A DNA stretch of 64,000 nucleotides from the NCBI GenBank assembly GCA_965216315.1, contig CBDCFN010000016.1, forward strand, positions 1,472,001-1,536,000, given 5' to 3'. Made by a program: the position numbers and the translations under genes. A model generated the notes under the pieces. That model did no database searches. It saw only the letters and a list, made by a program, of their open reading frames with translations, and was not told the DNA's origin. Source of the DNA: a bacterium. GTDB lineage: Bacteria; UBA10199; 2-02-FULL-50-16; JAJFLM01. Shown here one piece after another: positions 1-10,030 of this stretch. The stretch's first letter is position 1. Every line of letters begins with the position of its first letter.

Positions 1-23
1 AAAAATTTTATTACACGGGTTCC

Positions 24-488
24 GTGCGCGACCCTTTTAACGCCCTCTTGATCCCGGAACAGAATTTTACCGAGGCGGAGTTGCTGGATCTATTTAATAC
101 CTGCATTGTTCCTTCGTCCCAAGCCACGCCCAAGACGGTCCCCAACTTTATCAGAGATTATAAAGCACGCGGGCTCTTTAAAAACGGGAAAATTATGATG
201 GATAAGAAGCTGAAGGAAGAGCTTCATGCCTTCATCACAGCCTTCCCTTCTCCACTGCGCGTCCTGGAAACAAACGTGCAAAAACTGCTTCGAGGTGAAA
301 AGCCCCTGGCGGCCGGCGGCAGTACCAAGACCGGCTATTCACCCGGAGAAAGCAAGGTCAAGACGACGCAGGCGCAACTTGAGGCCATCCTCGGTGGAAG
401 CGGACGGGCAGCCCCGGCCCCCAAACCTCAGGAAGATCAAATGTCCGTGAAAGATTTGCAAAAGCAAATCAAGAAAAGGCCCGTCTAA
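24..488 (+). CDS. hypothetical protein
   Basis: 154-aa ORF with GTG start, converging on the lapA-like gene; no family recognised; start uncertain. Confidence 0.55.
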   Translation: MRDPFNALLIPEQNFTEAELLDLFNTCIVPSSQATPKTVPNFIRDYKARGLFKNGKIMMDKKLKEELHAFITAFPSPLRVLETNVQKLLRGEKPLAAGGSTKTGYSPGESKVKTTQAQLEAILGGSGRAAPAPKPQEDQMSVKDLQKQIKKRPV

Positions 489-494
489 GCCCAC

Positions 495-836
495 TCAGTG
501 ACCGGAATCTGCAGTCGATTGCGCGTGTAAGGCCAGCTCTCGCTCCAACTCTTTTTCCAGTTCCTTGATACGTTTTGCCTGCTCTTTACTGGCTTGACGC
601 CTAAAGATCGCCGGCAGTGCCTGCAAAAACGCCAACAAGAGAATCCCACCCGAAAAAGCAATGATCAGGACAAACCCCAATGGCATTTCGACCGAGCGGA
701 GCGTTAACAGGCCGGGGATCTTAAACCGAAATACCATCGGATAACCGAGGATTTCAGGGCTCATGTTACTGTAGAGAAAATTTAGCAGGACAAACAAAAT
801 AAGCGCCAGTACGACGGCATTGATAATTTTTTTCAT
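495..836 (-). CDS. LapA-family membrane protein (lipopolysaccharide assembly protein A domain)
   Basis: Two hydrophobic segments, a PLG motif and a coiled-coil tail (KRIKELEKEL); lies downstream of ihfB as is typical. Confidence 0.7.
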   Translation of the reverse strand: MKKIINAVVLALILFVLLNFLYSNMSPEILGYPMVFRFKIPGLLTLRSVEMPLGFVLIIAFSGGILLLAFLQALPAIFRRQASKEQAKRIKELEKELERELALHAQSTADSGH

Positions 837-1315
837 CGTTGCTCCCAGGCCTTAACTAAGGCCTCATAAGTCTCATCCATTGCTTGCGGCATAACCTTGG
901 TATCACTAAAAACCGGCATAAAATTCGTATCTCCAACCCAGCGAGGGACGAGATGAAAATGGATATGATCGGGTATCCCCGCCCCGGCCGCCTTACCCAG
1001 ATTGAGCCCGACATTAAAACCTTCGGCCTTCAAGGTCGTCGTCAGGATTTCCGACCAGGTCGCCAGGGACGCCATCATTTCAGCCGAGGTCTCCGCATCC
1101 AGGCCGGCCATCGTCTCCGTATGTCGGTATGGGACTACCATCAGATGACCATTACTATAAGGGAATTTATTGAGAATGACGAATGATTGCTGACCGCGGG
1201 CCAAAATCAGGTCTTCGCGGTCTGTGCCGCGCTCCACCCGATTGCAAAAGATACAGCCTGTTTCCTTTTCGCCCAAAATGAACTCCATGCGCCAGGGGGC
1301 CCATAGTTGTTTCAT
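833..1315 (-). CDS. HIT-domain hydrolase (Ap4A phosphorylase-like)
   Basis: LWAPWR start, CIFC zinc motif, NKFPYSNGHLMVVP, HIHFHLVPRW triad. Confidence 0.92.
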   Translation of the reverse strand: MKQLWAPWRMEFILGEKETGCIFCNRVERGTDREDLILARGQQSFVILNKFPYSNGHLMVVPYRHTETMAGLDAETSAEMMASLATWSEILTTTLKAEGFNVGLNLGKAAGAGIPDHIHFHLVPRWVGDTNFMPVFSDTKVMPQAMDETYEALVKAWEQR

Positions 1316-1633
1316 TTACGAATTTTCGGCCTTTTGGAGGATGATACCGCCATGATTGTTATTGATGCGCTCACGAAGCTCTTTACCCACTTTGAAGAAT
1401 GGAACTTTACGCTCACCGACGTGGACTTTTTCGCCGGATTTCGGGTTGCGTCCGATGCGGGGTTTTCTTGCGCGGACCTCAAAGCTGCCAAAGCCACGGA
1501 TTTCGATCCGTTCCCCGCGCTTCAGTGAATCCGTCATACTGCTAAAGATCTCATTGACGATGACTTCCATGTCCTTAAGCGAAATATGCTTTGCACGTGC
1601 AGCCAAAGTGTTAATCAAGTCCGATTTATTCAT
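1316..1633 (-). CDS. ihfB: integration host factor beta subunit
   Basis: MNKSDLI...RIEIRGFGSF...GRNPKSGE...VPFFKVGKELRERIN; start placed at ATG 1633 after a GGAG. Confidence 0.9.
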   Translation of the reverse strand: MNKSDLINTLAARAKHISLKDMEVIVNEIFSSMTDSLKRGERIEIRGFGSFEVRARKPRIGRNPKSGEKVHVGERKVPFFKVGKELRERINNNHGGIILQKAENS

Positions 1634-1644
1634 TCCATCATCTC

Positions 1645-2523
1645 CTATATACGCCACAAGGCCATTGGTTCGCGTTGGGCCGACAGATTGAGCGTCTGAA
1701 TCACTGCAAACATTTCTTCAGCAAAATACCGCATCCAGTGGTCCCCTTTTTTCTTCGGAAAAACCACCTCGGGCTTCCCCTCGACACCACCTAATTTTGC
1801 CGCCTCATCTACCGCGTCTTGCATCGAACCCAATGCATCAACGAGACCCAACTTGAGCGCTTCTTCCCCCGTATAAACGCGCCCATCAGCAATTTTATCT
1901 ACTTCAGCAGCCGGTAATTTCCTTTGTTCGGCTACAACCCTCTTAAATTGAGCAAACATTTGAAAGATCATATCTTTAAAAAGCTTTTTATCATTGTCGC
2001 TCAGCGGTCTAAAGGGGGAGCCCATATCCTTGTTAGGACCTGTGGCCAAAACTTCCGGTTTGAGTTTGGCCAAACCCAGCAATTCGCCGACACTGACATG
2101 ATTAATTTTCACTCCAATGCTACCGGTAATCGTCCCTTCATTCGCCAGAATTTTGTCAGCGGCAATCGCCACATAGTAAGCGCCGGAAGCGGCCAAGGTT
2201 CCCATCGAGGCGACAACCGGCTTTTCTTCGCGGAGCCGTTTTATGGCGCGATACATCTCTTGAGACGGACTGACCAAGCCTCCCGGCGAATCAATGCGGA
2301 CGACAACGGCCTTTATATCCTCGCGTTCGGCGACATCTTCAAGCTGTTGAATAAAACCGAGTGAATCAACAATCTCGCCTTCCAACTTGATGACGGCGAC
2401 ATCACCCCTCTTCTGAAAGTCACCGCCCGCAACGATCATAATGAGGCCCAGAAAAAACAGGCCCACCGAAATGGTAAAGAACACAACTCCAAACAGAATC
2501 AGGACAGTATTGCTTTTTTTCAT
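1645..2523 (-). CDS. sppA: signal peptide peptidase SppA (S49)
   Basis: N-terminal TM segment; RIDSPGG, AASGAYY, TITGSIGV and DGRVYTG motifs. Confidence 0.93.
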   Translation of the reverse strand: MKKSNTVLILFGVVFFTISVGLFFLGLIMIVAGGDFQKRGDVAVIKLEGEIVDSLGFIQQLEDVAEREDIKAVVVRIDSPGGLVSPSQEMYRAIKRLREEKPVVASMGTLAASGAYYVAIAADKILANEGTITGSIGVKINHVSVGELLGLAKLKPEVLATGPNKDMGSPFRPLSDNDKKLFKDMIFQMFAQFKRVVAEQRKLPAAEVDKIADGRVYTGEEALKLGLVDALGSMQDAVDEAAKLGGVEGKPEVVFPKKKGDHWMRYFAEEMFAVIQTLNLSAQREPMALWRI

Positions 2524-4124
2524 TCGCCCGCTGAATCGGATTCTAATAGACCGAAGGCAATCCGACGTTCCCTCTCGTCAATCGAGTGCAGAATGACGTT
2601 GATCTTTTGACCACGATCAAAATTGTGCTTGAATTGAGCGCCCGCTTCCTCTTCTTCTTCCGTCAAGGCCGACTTGGGGACTACCCCTTCAACTCCCGGC
2701 TCAACTTCGATCTCGAGACCTCGATCGGTGATTCCCAATACGGTGCCTTCAAACTTCTTGCCGATTTCGTAGTCGTCACGAAGCCGCGGCCAGGGATCTT
2801 CTACTAATTGCTTAATTCCCAGTGAAAACCGTTCATTGTCCGTATCGATGGCCAGCACGACCGCTTTTACCTTGTCACCCTTGCGATACAAATCTTGAGG
2901 GTGACGCACTTTGCGGGTCCAAGAGATATCCGAAACATGAACCAAGCCATCAATATCAACATCCTCAAGGCCGATGAAGACACCAAAGTCGGTTACATTG
3001 CGCACAGTTCCCGTCACTTCCATGCCTTCTTGATATTTGTCCTGTAAGATTTGCCAGGGATTATCGAGCAACTGTTTCATGCCGAGTGAAATGCGGCGAT
3101 TGCCCCGATCAATGTCCAAGATCACGACCTCAACCTCTTGCCCCACATCAACGATCTTTGACGGCGGCTTGGTCTTCTTGGTCCAGGTCATTTCGGAGAT
3201 ATGCGCCAGGCCTTCAACGCCCTCTTCAAGTTCCAAGAAGGCGCCATAATCCATAATATTCACAACCTTAGCGACGAGTCGCTTACCGATCGGGTAACGT
3301 TCTTCAATGCCCTTCCACGGATCCGATGAAAGTTGCTTTAAGCCCAGCGACACCTTGCCGGTTGATTGATCCACGTTAAGGATCTGAACATTGATATCGT
3401 CGCCAACCTGACAAATTTCCGAAGGATGATTGAGACGTCCCCAACTCATATCTTTGATATGAAGCAGACCATCGACTCCACCGAGATCCACAAAGGCCCC
3501 GTAGTCGGTGATATTCTTGACTGTTCCATGCATCGAATTGCCTTCAACGATATTTTGCAGGGTCTCTTTACGGACTTGATCTCTATCCTTCTCCAGCAAC
3601 ACACGGCGCGACAAGATGATGTTCCCCTTGCGCTTATTAAGCTTGAGGATCTTGAAATTGAACTTCTTGCCGACAAAATTTTCCAGGGAAGAAACGGGCC
3701 GGATATCGACCTGCGACGCGGGCAGAAAGGCTTTGACTCCAATGTCGACTGAAAGCCCACCCTTCACTTTTGCAATCACCATTCCTTCAATGGCCTCATC
3801 ATTGTCAGCCGCAGACTGTAACTTGTCCCACGCCTTAAAGGCTACGGCCTTCTCCTTAGAAAGCACCGCAAAACCATCTTCGGTATCAAACTGCTCCAAA
3901 TAAACTTCGACGCTGTCGCCTTCCTCGACCAACAGATCACCGCTGACCGGATCAATAAATTCGGAACGTGGAACTAAGCCCTCACTCTTATGTCCAAAAT
4001 CGACGATGACACTGTCGGGAATAATCTGAACAACCTCTCCGTTGACGATATCGCCCTCTTGGGCCAGGTCACTGCCTGTCGTCGCCTCTAGTAACTTTTC
4101 GAACTCACTCATTGTCTCTGGCAT
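2520..4124 (-). CDS. rpsA: 30S ribosomal protein S1
   Basis: Repeated S1 domains (VKNITDYGAFVDLGGVDGLLH, FLPASQVD). Confidence 0.96.
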   Translation of the reverse strand: MPETMSEFEKLLEATTGSDLAQEGDIVNGEVVQIIPDSVIVDFGHKSEGLVPRSEFIDPVSGDLLVEEGDSVEVYLEQFDTEDGFAVLSKEKAVAFKAWDKLQSAADNDEAIEGMVIAKVKGGLSVDIGVKAFLPASQVDIRPVSSLENFVGKKFNFKILKLNKRKGNIILSRRVLLEKDRDQVRKETLQNIVEGNSMHGTVKNITDYGAFVDLGGVDGLLHIKDMSWGRLNHPSEICQVGDDINVQILNVDQSTGKVSLGLKQLSSDPWKGIEERYPIGKRLVAKVVNIMDYGAFLELEEGVEGLAHISEMTWTKKTKPPSKIVDVGQEVEVVILDIDRGNRRISLGMKQLLDNPWQILQDKYQEGMEVTGTVRNVTDFGVFIGLEDVDIDGLVHVSDISWTRKVRHPQDLYRKGDKVKAVVLAIDTDNERFSLGIKQLVEDPWPRLRDDYEIGKKFEGTVLGITDRGLEIEVEPGVEGVVPKSALTEEEEEAGAQFKHNFDRGQKINVILHSIDERERRIAFGLLESDSAGE

Positions 4125-4202
4125 AACTATGTCAATCTCCTCTCAAAAAGATGCAGCCGGGTCGTTGTGCTATTACGAAAGTGCCCGATTGTCAAAGGGA
4201 TT

Positions 4203-5498
4203 TTAGGATTGTGGCCTCGACAAGGCAAGCCAATCCTCGATAAAACCGGGATAGGAGATCGCTGTGCACGCGTAATCAGCTATTCTCACCGGACCGGAGG
4301 CCACCGCGGCCGCCACCGTCAAGGCCATCGCCATGCGATGATCTCCATGACTCTTCACCTCTCCGGCCTTTATCTGACGGCCTCCTTCAATAATCAAACC
4401 GTCAGGCTTTTCTTCGACCAAAACCCCTAATGTCGCTAATTCGGAGGCTACAGCCTTTAAACGGTCGGTTTCTTTGACCCGCAGTTCCTCCGCCCCCCAT
4501 ATTCTCGTCGACCCCTCAGCGCACGCCGCGGCCACGGCCAGGATGGGAATTTCGTCGATCAGACTCGGAATCAAGGCCGGTGGACACTCCACCCCTCGGA
4601 GTGACGATGATTCGACATACACATCAGCCACCGTTTCCCCGCCGACTTTTCGTTCATTCTCCACGCGAATACGCCCCCCCATTTCCTGCAAGAGCCCGAG
4701 CAAACCGGATCGCGTTGGGTTCAACAGAACCGCCTCCAAACAAATAGAACTATTGGGCACAATCAAGGCTGCTACCATGAAAAAAGCGGCTGAAGAAAAA
4801 TCACTTGGGACTTGAATGTCTTGTGCCTGGAGAGATTGACCGGGTTCCAGTTCGACCCAGCCGGATCCAAAGCGAATCGACGCCCCCATGCTCTCCAACA
4901 TACGCTCCGTATGATCGCGGCTCGCCAACGGTTCGTCAATACGCGTCATTGAATCCGCGTAAAGGCCGGCAAGTAACAAAGCGGACTTCACCTGCGCCGA
5001 GGCCACGGGTGAGGCGTATTGAATCCCCTTCAAAGGCGAACCCGACACGACAATAATGCGACGCCCGGATTCATGTGTTTCTGCAAGCGTCGCCCCCATT
5101 TCCTGAAGCGGCTCGATGACACGTCCCATGGGCCGTTGATCGAGGGACTCATCTCCGGTCAAACGCGACGCAAAAACTTGTCCCGCCAGTAGTCCGCTTA
5201 TCAAACGGAGTGTCGTTCCACTATTGCCACAGTATAAAGGAGCGTTTGACTCTTTCAGCCCATGCAAACCTACGCCCGTAATCGTCAGCCCGTTGTCGTC
5301 ACGTTGGATCGGAACCCCTAAAGCCTCCATGATCGCGGCCGTGCGCCCGACATCCTCCGAATCAAGCAATCCCTGCACACGCGCCTGCCCATCGCTAATT
5401 CCCGAGAGGATAAGCGCGCGATGCGAAATCGATTTGTCACCAGGAACACGGAGAGTGCCGCGGAGTTGTTTGACTGGATGGATGGTTTGCGATGACAT
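4203..5498 (-). CDS. aroA: 3-phosphoshikimate 1-carboxyvinyltransferase
   Basis: PGDKSISHRA, GNSGTT, SAQVKSA, RDHTE, ELRVKETDR and DHRMAM motifs. Confidence 0.97.
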   Translation of the reverse strand: MSSQTIHPVKQLRGTLRVPGDKSISHRALILSGISDGQARVQGLLDSEDVGRTAAIMEALGVPIQRDDNGLTITGVGLHGLKESNAPLYCGNSGTTLRLISGLLAGQVFASRLTGDESLDQRPMGRVIEPLQEMGATLAETHESGRRIIVVSGSPLKGIQYASPVASAQVKSALLLAGLYADSMTRIDEPLASRDHTERMLESMGASIRFGSGWVELEPGQSLQAQDIQVPSDFSSAAFFMVAALIVPNSSICLEAVLLNPTRSGLLGLLQEMGGRIRVENERKVGGETVADVYVESSSLRGVECPPALIPSLIDEIPILAVAAACAEGSTRIWGAEELRVKETDRLKAVASELATLGVLVEEKPDGLIIEGGRQIKAGEVKSHGDHRMAMALTVAAAVASGPVRIADYACTAISYPGFIEDWLALSRPQS

Positions 5499-5507
5499 GA
5501 TGTACGT

Positions 5508-6401
5508 TTACATGAATTTATCTCGTTTACGTTTGGCACGCTCAAACAATTGCATCAATCGTTTACTATCACCCCGCTTCAGCGCTTTTTTTAATTCATT
5601 CCACTCTTTTTCAAATTTTCCCATCGCTTTAAGGAGAGCCGCTCGGTTATCCAAACTGATATCACGCCACATAACCGGATCGGAACCGGCGATGCGGGTC
5701 GTATCCCGAAAACCGCTGCCGGCAAATTTCACAAGTTCCTTCGCGTCACCGATGCCATTGATGAGACTATAGGCTGCCAGCTGGGGTAAATGACTGATGT
5801 GTGCCAGTAGCTGGTCATGCTTGGCCGCCGTCATGATCGTTACCCGGGCCCCTTGCACTTCCCAGAGGCGTTTGACCTTGCGTAGCACGGCTGGCGCCGC
5901 TTTGGTCGGTGTCAGGATGACCGCTCGGTCCTTAAAGAGATCACGCAACGCGGCCTTAGCACCCGTCACGGAACGTCCGGCAATCGGATGTCCGCCGATA
6001 AAGGTCACCGGCCCTTTAATCCGTCGTGCCGCCGCCTTGACGATCGATTGTTTGGTGCTCCCCACATCTGTAATGACAGCCCCCGGCTGCAACGAAGCGA
6101 TCAATTCCTTAGGAATCGCCTCCACAAATTCGAGTGCCGTCTGCACGGGTGTCGCCAACAGAATGAGGTCTGCTTCGCGTAGGGCCTGCGCTCCTTTCCC
6201 CTTAAAGAGATCGCTTGTCCTGCGAATGGTAAGGCCCTTATGAACTGCCTTGCGCTGCCGTGCGGTCTTCAGGTTAGCCGCACTCCGGCCCACCCCAATG
6301 ACTTGGGAAGCCATGCGGCGCGTCACGAGATTGAGTCCCACGGATGCACCGATCAGGCCGGTTCCAATGATAACGACTTTATCAACGAGTTTATTTGCCA
6401 C
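5508..6401 (-). CDS. tyrA: prephenate dehydrogenase
   Basis: GTGLIG Rossmann motif, DVGSTK, GGHPIAG, SHLPQ, GSGFRDTTRIA; probable GTG start at 6401 overlapping the pheA end. Confidence 0.92.
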   Translation of the reverse strand: MANKLVDKVVIIGTGLIGASVGLNLVTRRMASQVIGVGRSAANLKTARQRKAVHKGLTIRRTSDLFKGKGAQALREADLILLATPVQTALEFVEAIPKELIASLQPGAVITDVGSTKQSIVKAAARRIKGPVTFIGGHPIAGRSVTGAKAALRDLFKDRAVILTPTKAAPAVLRKVKRLWEVQGARVTIMTAAKHDQLLAHISHLPQLAAYSLINGIGDAKELVKFAGSGFRDTTRIAGSDPVMWRDISLDNRAALLKAMGKFEKEWNELKKALKRGDSKRLMQLFERAKRKRDKFM

Positions 6402-7494
6402 GAGGATACGATCCGAGCACTTTGAGGAACTGACACTTAGCTTCCACTTCTTTGACGGCTTTTTTGACGCGAGGGGACAGAATGTGACCATCCAGATCGA
6501 TGAAGAACGCGTACTCCCAACGGTCTTTTTTACCCTGACTCTTCACTTTAGACGCATGCAGACGCATCATGGGCCGCGATTCAATCTTCGACAGATTGAT
6601 CCCCGCTTTATAAAAAGGCTTGAGCATCTCAAAGAGCACACCCATCTCATCCTTAACCGCAAATACCAATGACGTCTTATCTTCACCGCTGCGTTTCGGC
6701 GATTGCGAACCCAAGACCAAGAAACGCGTGACGTTATGATGATGGTCTTCGATATTTTTCTGTAACACTTTCAGATTATAATGGGCTGCCGCCAGTTCAC
6801 TGCCAATCGCGTAAGACTTAGGATCCCCGGCCGCAAGTTGTGCCGCTTGGGCTGTCGACGCAACGTGCTTCATGCCTACATTCGGGTAATGACGATCCAG
6901 CCAGTTGCGGCACTGGGCTGTCGCCTGCGGATGCGTATAGATCTGCAACGGATCGATGCCCTTGCGCAGCCCTAAAAGACAATGATGAATTTCCAGCAAA
7001 ACCTCGCCGCATATTTGCAAGGGCGACTCCATCAGACGATCCATCGTATGCGTCACGACGCCCTCGGTTGAATTTTCAATGGGCACGACGCCATATTTGA
7101 CTTCCCCGGACTCAACCGCATCAAAAACGCCACTGATCGAGGACTGAGGCAGCATCTGCGTCGAATGCCCAAAATGCTTGAGCGCGGCTCCCTGCGTGAA
7201 CGTGGCTTCAGGACCTAAATAAGCGACTTGAATCGGCGACTGCAAAGAGCGACAGGCCGAAAGAACTTCACGATAGACATTACGCAGCGCCGCCGTCGGA
7301 AAAGGCCCCTCATTGGCGCGAACAATCTTGCCCAACACCTTTTGTTCGCGATCCGGTGCATAGGTCTGTTTTTTGCCCTTCTGCTTGGCCTTGCCGATCT
7401 GGACCGCCGTCTTTGCCCTTTGATTAAGCAGACGGATGATCTTTTGATCGACCGCATCGATTTGCTGTCTCAATTCGGATAACGTTTTTGCCAT
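6391..7494 (-). CDS. pheA: bifunctional chorismate mutase / prephenate dehydratase
   Basis: N-terminal AroQ domain (LRQQIDAVD), YLGPEATFT, PIENSTEG, TRFLVLG, KIESRP, VLGSYP. Confidence 0.95.
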   Translation of the reverse strand: MAKTLSELRQQIDAVDQKIIRLLNQRAKTAVQIGKAKQKGKKQTYAPDREQKVLGKIVRANEGPFPTAALRNVYREVLSACRSLQSPIQVAYLGPEATFTQGAALKHFGHSTQMLPQSSISGVFDAVESGEVKYGVVPIENSTEGVVTHTMDRLMESPLQICGEVLLEIHHCLLGLRKGIDPLQIYTHPQATAQCRNWLDRHYPNVGMKHVASTAQAAQLAAGDPKSYAIGSELAAAHYNLKVLQKNIEDHHHNVTRFLVLGSQSPKRSGEDKTSLVFAVKDEMGVLFEMLKPFYKAGINLSKIESRPMMRLHASKVKSQGKKDRWEYAFFIDLDGHILSPRVKKAVKEVEAKCQFLKVLGSYPRGK

Positions 7495-7570
7495 TCACTC
7501 TCTCTACTGTACACGCGGTCTCTCTTCAACATTTTCTTGTAATATTCTCCCTTCGGGATACAAAGCGGCT

Positions 7571-8296
7571 ATGCCTCATTCCCCTCGATCTTATCGGCTG
7601 TTACAGCAAGTCGTGGAAGGCCGCCGGACTTCTTACGTCACGCAGGCCTTGATGATCATCAATGTCGTCTGGTTCATTTATATGACGGCGGCGGGAGTCA
7701 GCCTGTCACGCCCGGATCCCCTGCTACTGGTCCGCTTTGGAGCGCTCTATTCCCCACTGGTTTATCAAGGCGAGCTATGGCGCCTGCTGAGCTGCCAATT
7801 TGTCCACATTGGCCTGCTCCATATCGGCTTCAATACCTATGTCCTCTACGCCATCGGCAAGGACCTCGAGATTCTCTACGGCCGGGTCGCCTTTTTGACC
7901 GTTTACCTGTTCTCCGGGACCTGCGGCGCCTTGGCCAGCCTCTGGGCCCACCCGGTCGGCCTCTCCGCGGGGGCCTCGGGCGCCATTTTCGGTCTCGCCG
8001 GGGCCGCGCTCTCTTTTTATTTACGCCTGCACGAGCCCATGCTCAAACAGGTCTTTCAACGCTGGCGGAATAGCCTGTTGGCGTTCGTCGGCTACAACGC
8101 CATCTTTGGCTTCATCGTCCCGGGCATCGATAATTTCGCCCACTTCGGCGGGCTGCTGGCGGGTTTTGCAATGGGCTATATCGTTTCGGCACCGGAAGGG
8201 ACTGAAACGGAGAGCTATATAAGGATAGGCGCGGGGATCATCGGCGGGCTAGGATTTCTCTACGCCGTCGCTAAATTACTCTCATTGCCGATCTAG
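7571..8296 (+). CDS. rhomboid-family intramembrane serine protease
   Basis: WRLL, HIGLLHIGFN, GASGAIFG (catalytic Ser), AHFGG (catalytic His). Confidence 0.92.
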   Translation: MPHSPRSYRLLQQVVEGRRTSYVTQALMIINVVWFIYMTAAGVSLSRPDPLLLVRFGALYSPLVYQGELWRLLSCQFVHIGLLHIGFNTYVLYAIGKDLEILYGRVAFLTVYLFSGTCGALASLWAHPVGLSAGASGAIFGLAGAALSFYLRLHEPMLKQVFQRWRNSLLAFVGYNAIFGFIVPGIDNFAHFGGLLAGFAMGYIVSAPEGTETESYIRIGAGIIGGLGFLYAVAKLLSLPI

Positions 8297-8304
8297 TGAC
8301 GCGA

Positions 8305-8334
8305 TTGACATGTCCTCCGCATTTCGAGTACATG
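8305..8334 (+). promoter_or_regulatory. putative sigma70 promoter for tRNA-Gly
   Basis: TTGACA at 8305-8310 with a GTACAT/TACATG -10-like hexamer 17-18 bp downstream, just before the tRNA. Confidence 0.45.
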
Positions 8335-8358
8335 AAGCGCTCTGTAGATTTCTACCAA

Positions 8359-8431
8359 GCGGGAGTAGCTCAGTTGGTAGAGCATCACGTTGCCAACGTG
8401 AATGTCGCGGGTTCGAGTCCCGTCTCCCGCT
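8359..8431 (+). tRNA. tRNA-Gly (anticodon GCC), CCA not encoded
   Basis: Acceptor stem GCGGGAG/CTCCCGC, D arm AGCTCAGTTGGTAGAGC, anticodon arm TCACG-TTGCCAA-CGTGA, T loop GGTTCGAGTCC. Confidence 0.96.
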
Positions 8432-8481
8432 CATTGTTTTTCAAGGACTTAGCGCTCAGGCGTTAAGTCCTTTTTTCTTTT
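8390..8481 (+). repeat. attL direct repeat (tRNA 3' half from the anticodon loop plus terminator)
   Basis: TTGCCAACGTGAATGTCGCGGGTT...TCCCGTCTCCCGCTCATT...CTTAGCGCTCAGGCGTTAAGTCCTTTTTT matches 20231-20350. Confidence 0.9.
8443..8476 (+). terminator. intrinsic terminator after tRNA-Gly
   Basis: Hairpin AAGGACTTAGCG/CGTTAAGTCCTT followed by a T run. Confidence 0.75.
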
Positions 8482-9571
8482 GTGGGTGAAATGTGGGTGC
8501 AAGCACTTTCGCCCGACCCCCATCAATGGCCACTAACTCCGTCTTGCTCGCCACGTGCTCCGGCATCAGGTGCGCGTAGCGTTCCGTCGTTCTCAGGTCG
8601 CGATGCCCGAGCAGTTTCTGCAGATCGTAGAGGCTGCCCCCGCGCATCACGAATTGACTCGCGAAGGTATGGCGCAGATCGTGCCAGCGGATGCGCTGCA
8701 CTTCCGCTTCTTTCATGTCCCGCTCAAAGTGGTCGCGCTTGAAGTTGTACAGATTCAGTGGCCGGTCATTGAAGCCAACGACCAGGCGGCCGTTAGAATC
8801 ATACTTCTGCGCCACGAGAGCGGGCTTGAGAGACGAGTTGATGCCGACGTGACGGATCCGTCGCCCCTTGGTCGTTTCGCGGATCTCGCCGGTCTTCTGG
8901 CTGACGGTCCGTGAGACGATGATCAGGTTCTTGTTTAGATCCACCCGATCCCACTGCAGCGCTGCCAACTCACCCCAACGCAGCCCGGTGTTCAGGGCCA
9001 AGAGGTAGAGCCGGTAGACCCAGTTCTTACGCCGCGCATACTTTTCTCGACAATAGCTGAGAAAAGCATCTGCTTCTTCCACCGACCAATACGTGACGTG
9101 CACTTCATCCAGTGGCAGTTTGCCCGCCAAGGTAACCGGGTTGCGGTCGATGTAGCCAAGTCGCATGTCGTAGGTGAAGATCGGCGAGAGCGTCTCCAAG
9201 ATCCGATTAACCGTGGCCTTGGCACGCCCCTCACAGAGCTTCGAGCGGAGCCGGATGACATCCTCAACGCGGATCCGATCCAAGGGAGTCTCACCAAAGA
9301 ATGGTCTTAAGTGTTTCTCAACAATTCTCTGGTCCCCATGGAAAGAGTCCGGGCTCTTCGTCGGCCGAGAATGCTCGGCCAGCCATCGATCAGCCGCCTC
9401 GGCGAAGTGAATCGCCTGACGCAGCCCTTGGCTCGCCTTGCGGTGCTGCTCGACCAACCAGGTCTGCGCATCCAGCTTACGCGTAAAGCTTTGACTGGAC
9501 CGCTTACCACCATGGCAAAAGACCGCGCGATAGATGGTTCCTTTGTTTCGTTTAATCACCTCGATCGACAT
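8456..9571 (-). CDS. tyrosine recombinase / phage-type integrase
   Basis: Complete catalytic set: GLRWGEL (R), TTKGRR (K), HDLRH (HxxR), LLGH (H), TERYAH (Y); N-terminal arm-binding-like region; ATG 9571 after AAGGAG. Confidence 0.95.
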   Translation of the reverse strand: MSIEVIKRNKGTIYRAVFCHGGKRSSQSFTRKLDAQTWLVEQHRKASQGLRQAIHFAEAADRWLAEHSRPTKSPDSFHGDQRIVEKHLRPFFGETPLDRIRVEDVIRLRSKLCEGRAKATVNRILETLSPIFTYDMRLGYIDRNPVTLAGKLPLDEVHVTYWSVEEADAFLSYCREKYARRKNWVYRLYLLALNTGLRWGELAALQWDRVDLNKNLIIVSRTVSQKTGEIRETTKGRRIRHVGINSSLKPALVAQKYDSNGRLVVGFNDRPLNLYNFKRDHFERDMKEAEVQRIRWHDLRHTFASQFVMRGGSLYDLQKLLGHRDLRTTERYAHLMPEHVASKTELVAIDGGRAKVLAPTFHPQKKKGLNA

Positions 9572-9782
9572 AAATGCTCCTTTCGTCAATCCAGGAGCGA
9601 ACTTCACGAGGATCAAACCGAATCAGGTTTCCAAGTTTCTTGAATGGAATGCGCCGCTTATACACCCAGTCCCGGAGGGTTCCTTCCGGTACGGAGAGCA
9701 TAAGGGACGCGGTTTTGATGTCCCATAGTCGATTGTCAAAGAGCTGCTGAGCTCCTTGCTCCGTATTATATTCGGGGTTCAT
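9552..9782 (-). CDS. excisionase-like (HTH_17/MerR-like) DNA-binding protein
   Basis: LWDIKTASLMLSVPEGTLRDWVYKRRIPFKKLGNLIRFD pattern; overlaps the integrase start. Confidence 0.85.
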   Translation of the reverse strand: MNPEYNTEQGAQQLFDNRLWDIKTASLMLSVPEGTLRDWVYKRRIPFKKLGNLIRFDPREVRSWIDERSIYVDRGD

Positions 9783-10030
9783 ATGGCAATCGTCCTCTTT
9801 CAGGGACCAGCAATGCGCCTTCAAATTATGGAGCAGGATTTGTGCCAAAATGGGGCGTGAGTTTCTGATGTAATTTCAGAGACTTAAAATTAGTGCTTCT
9901 TGGGGTGGTGGTAAAGTTACCGGTAACTAATGGTGACTTTTGCATAAGTTACCACTTGCTATGCGCTCGAGTGAGACTTCATTGCCTAGGATTCCAGCCA
10001 CTAAATCGGTAAACTCAACAACACCGAAGC

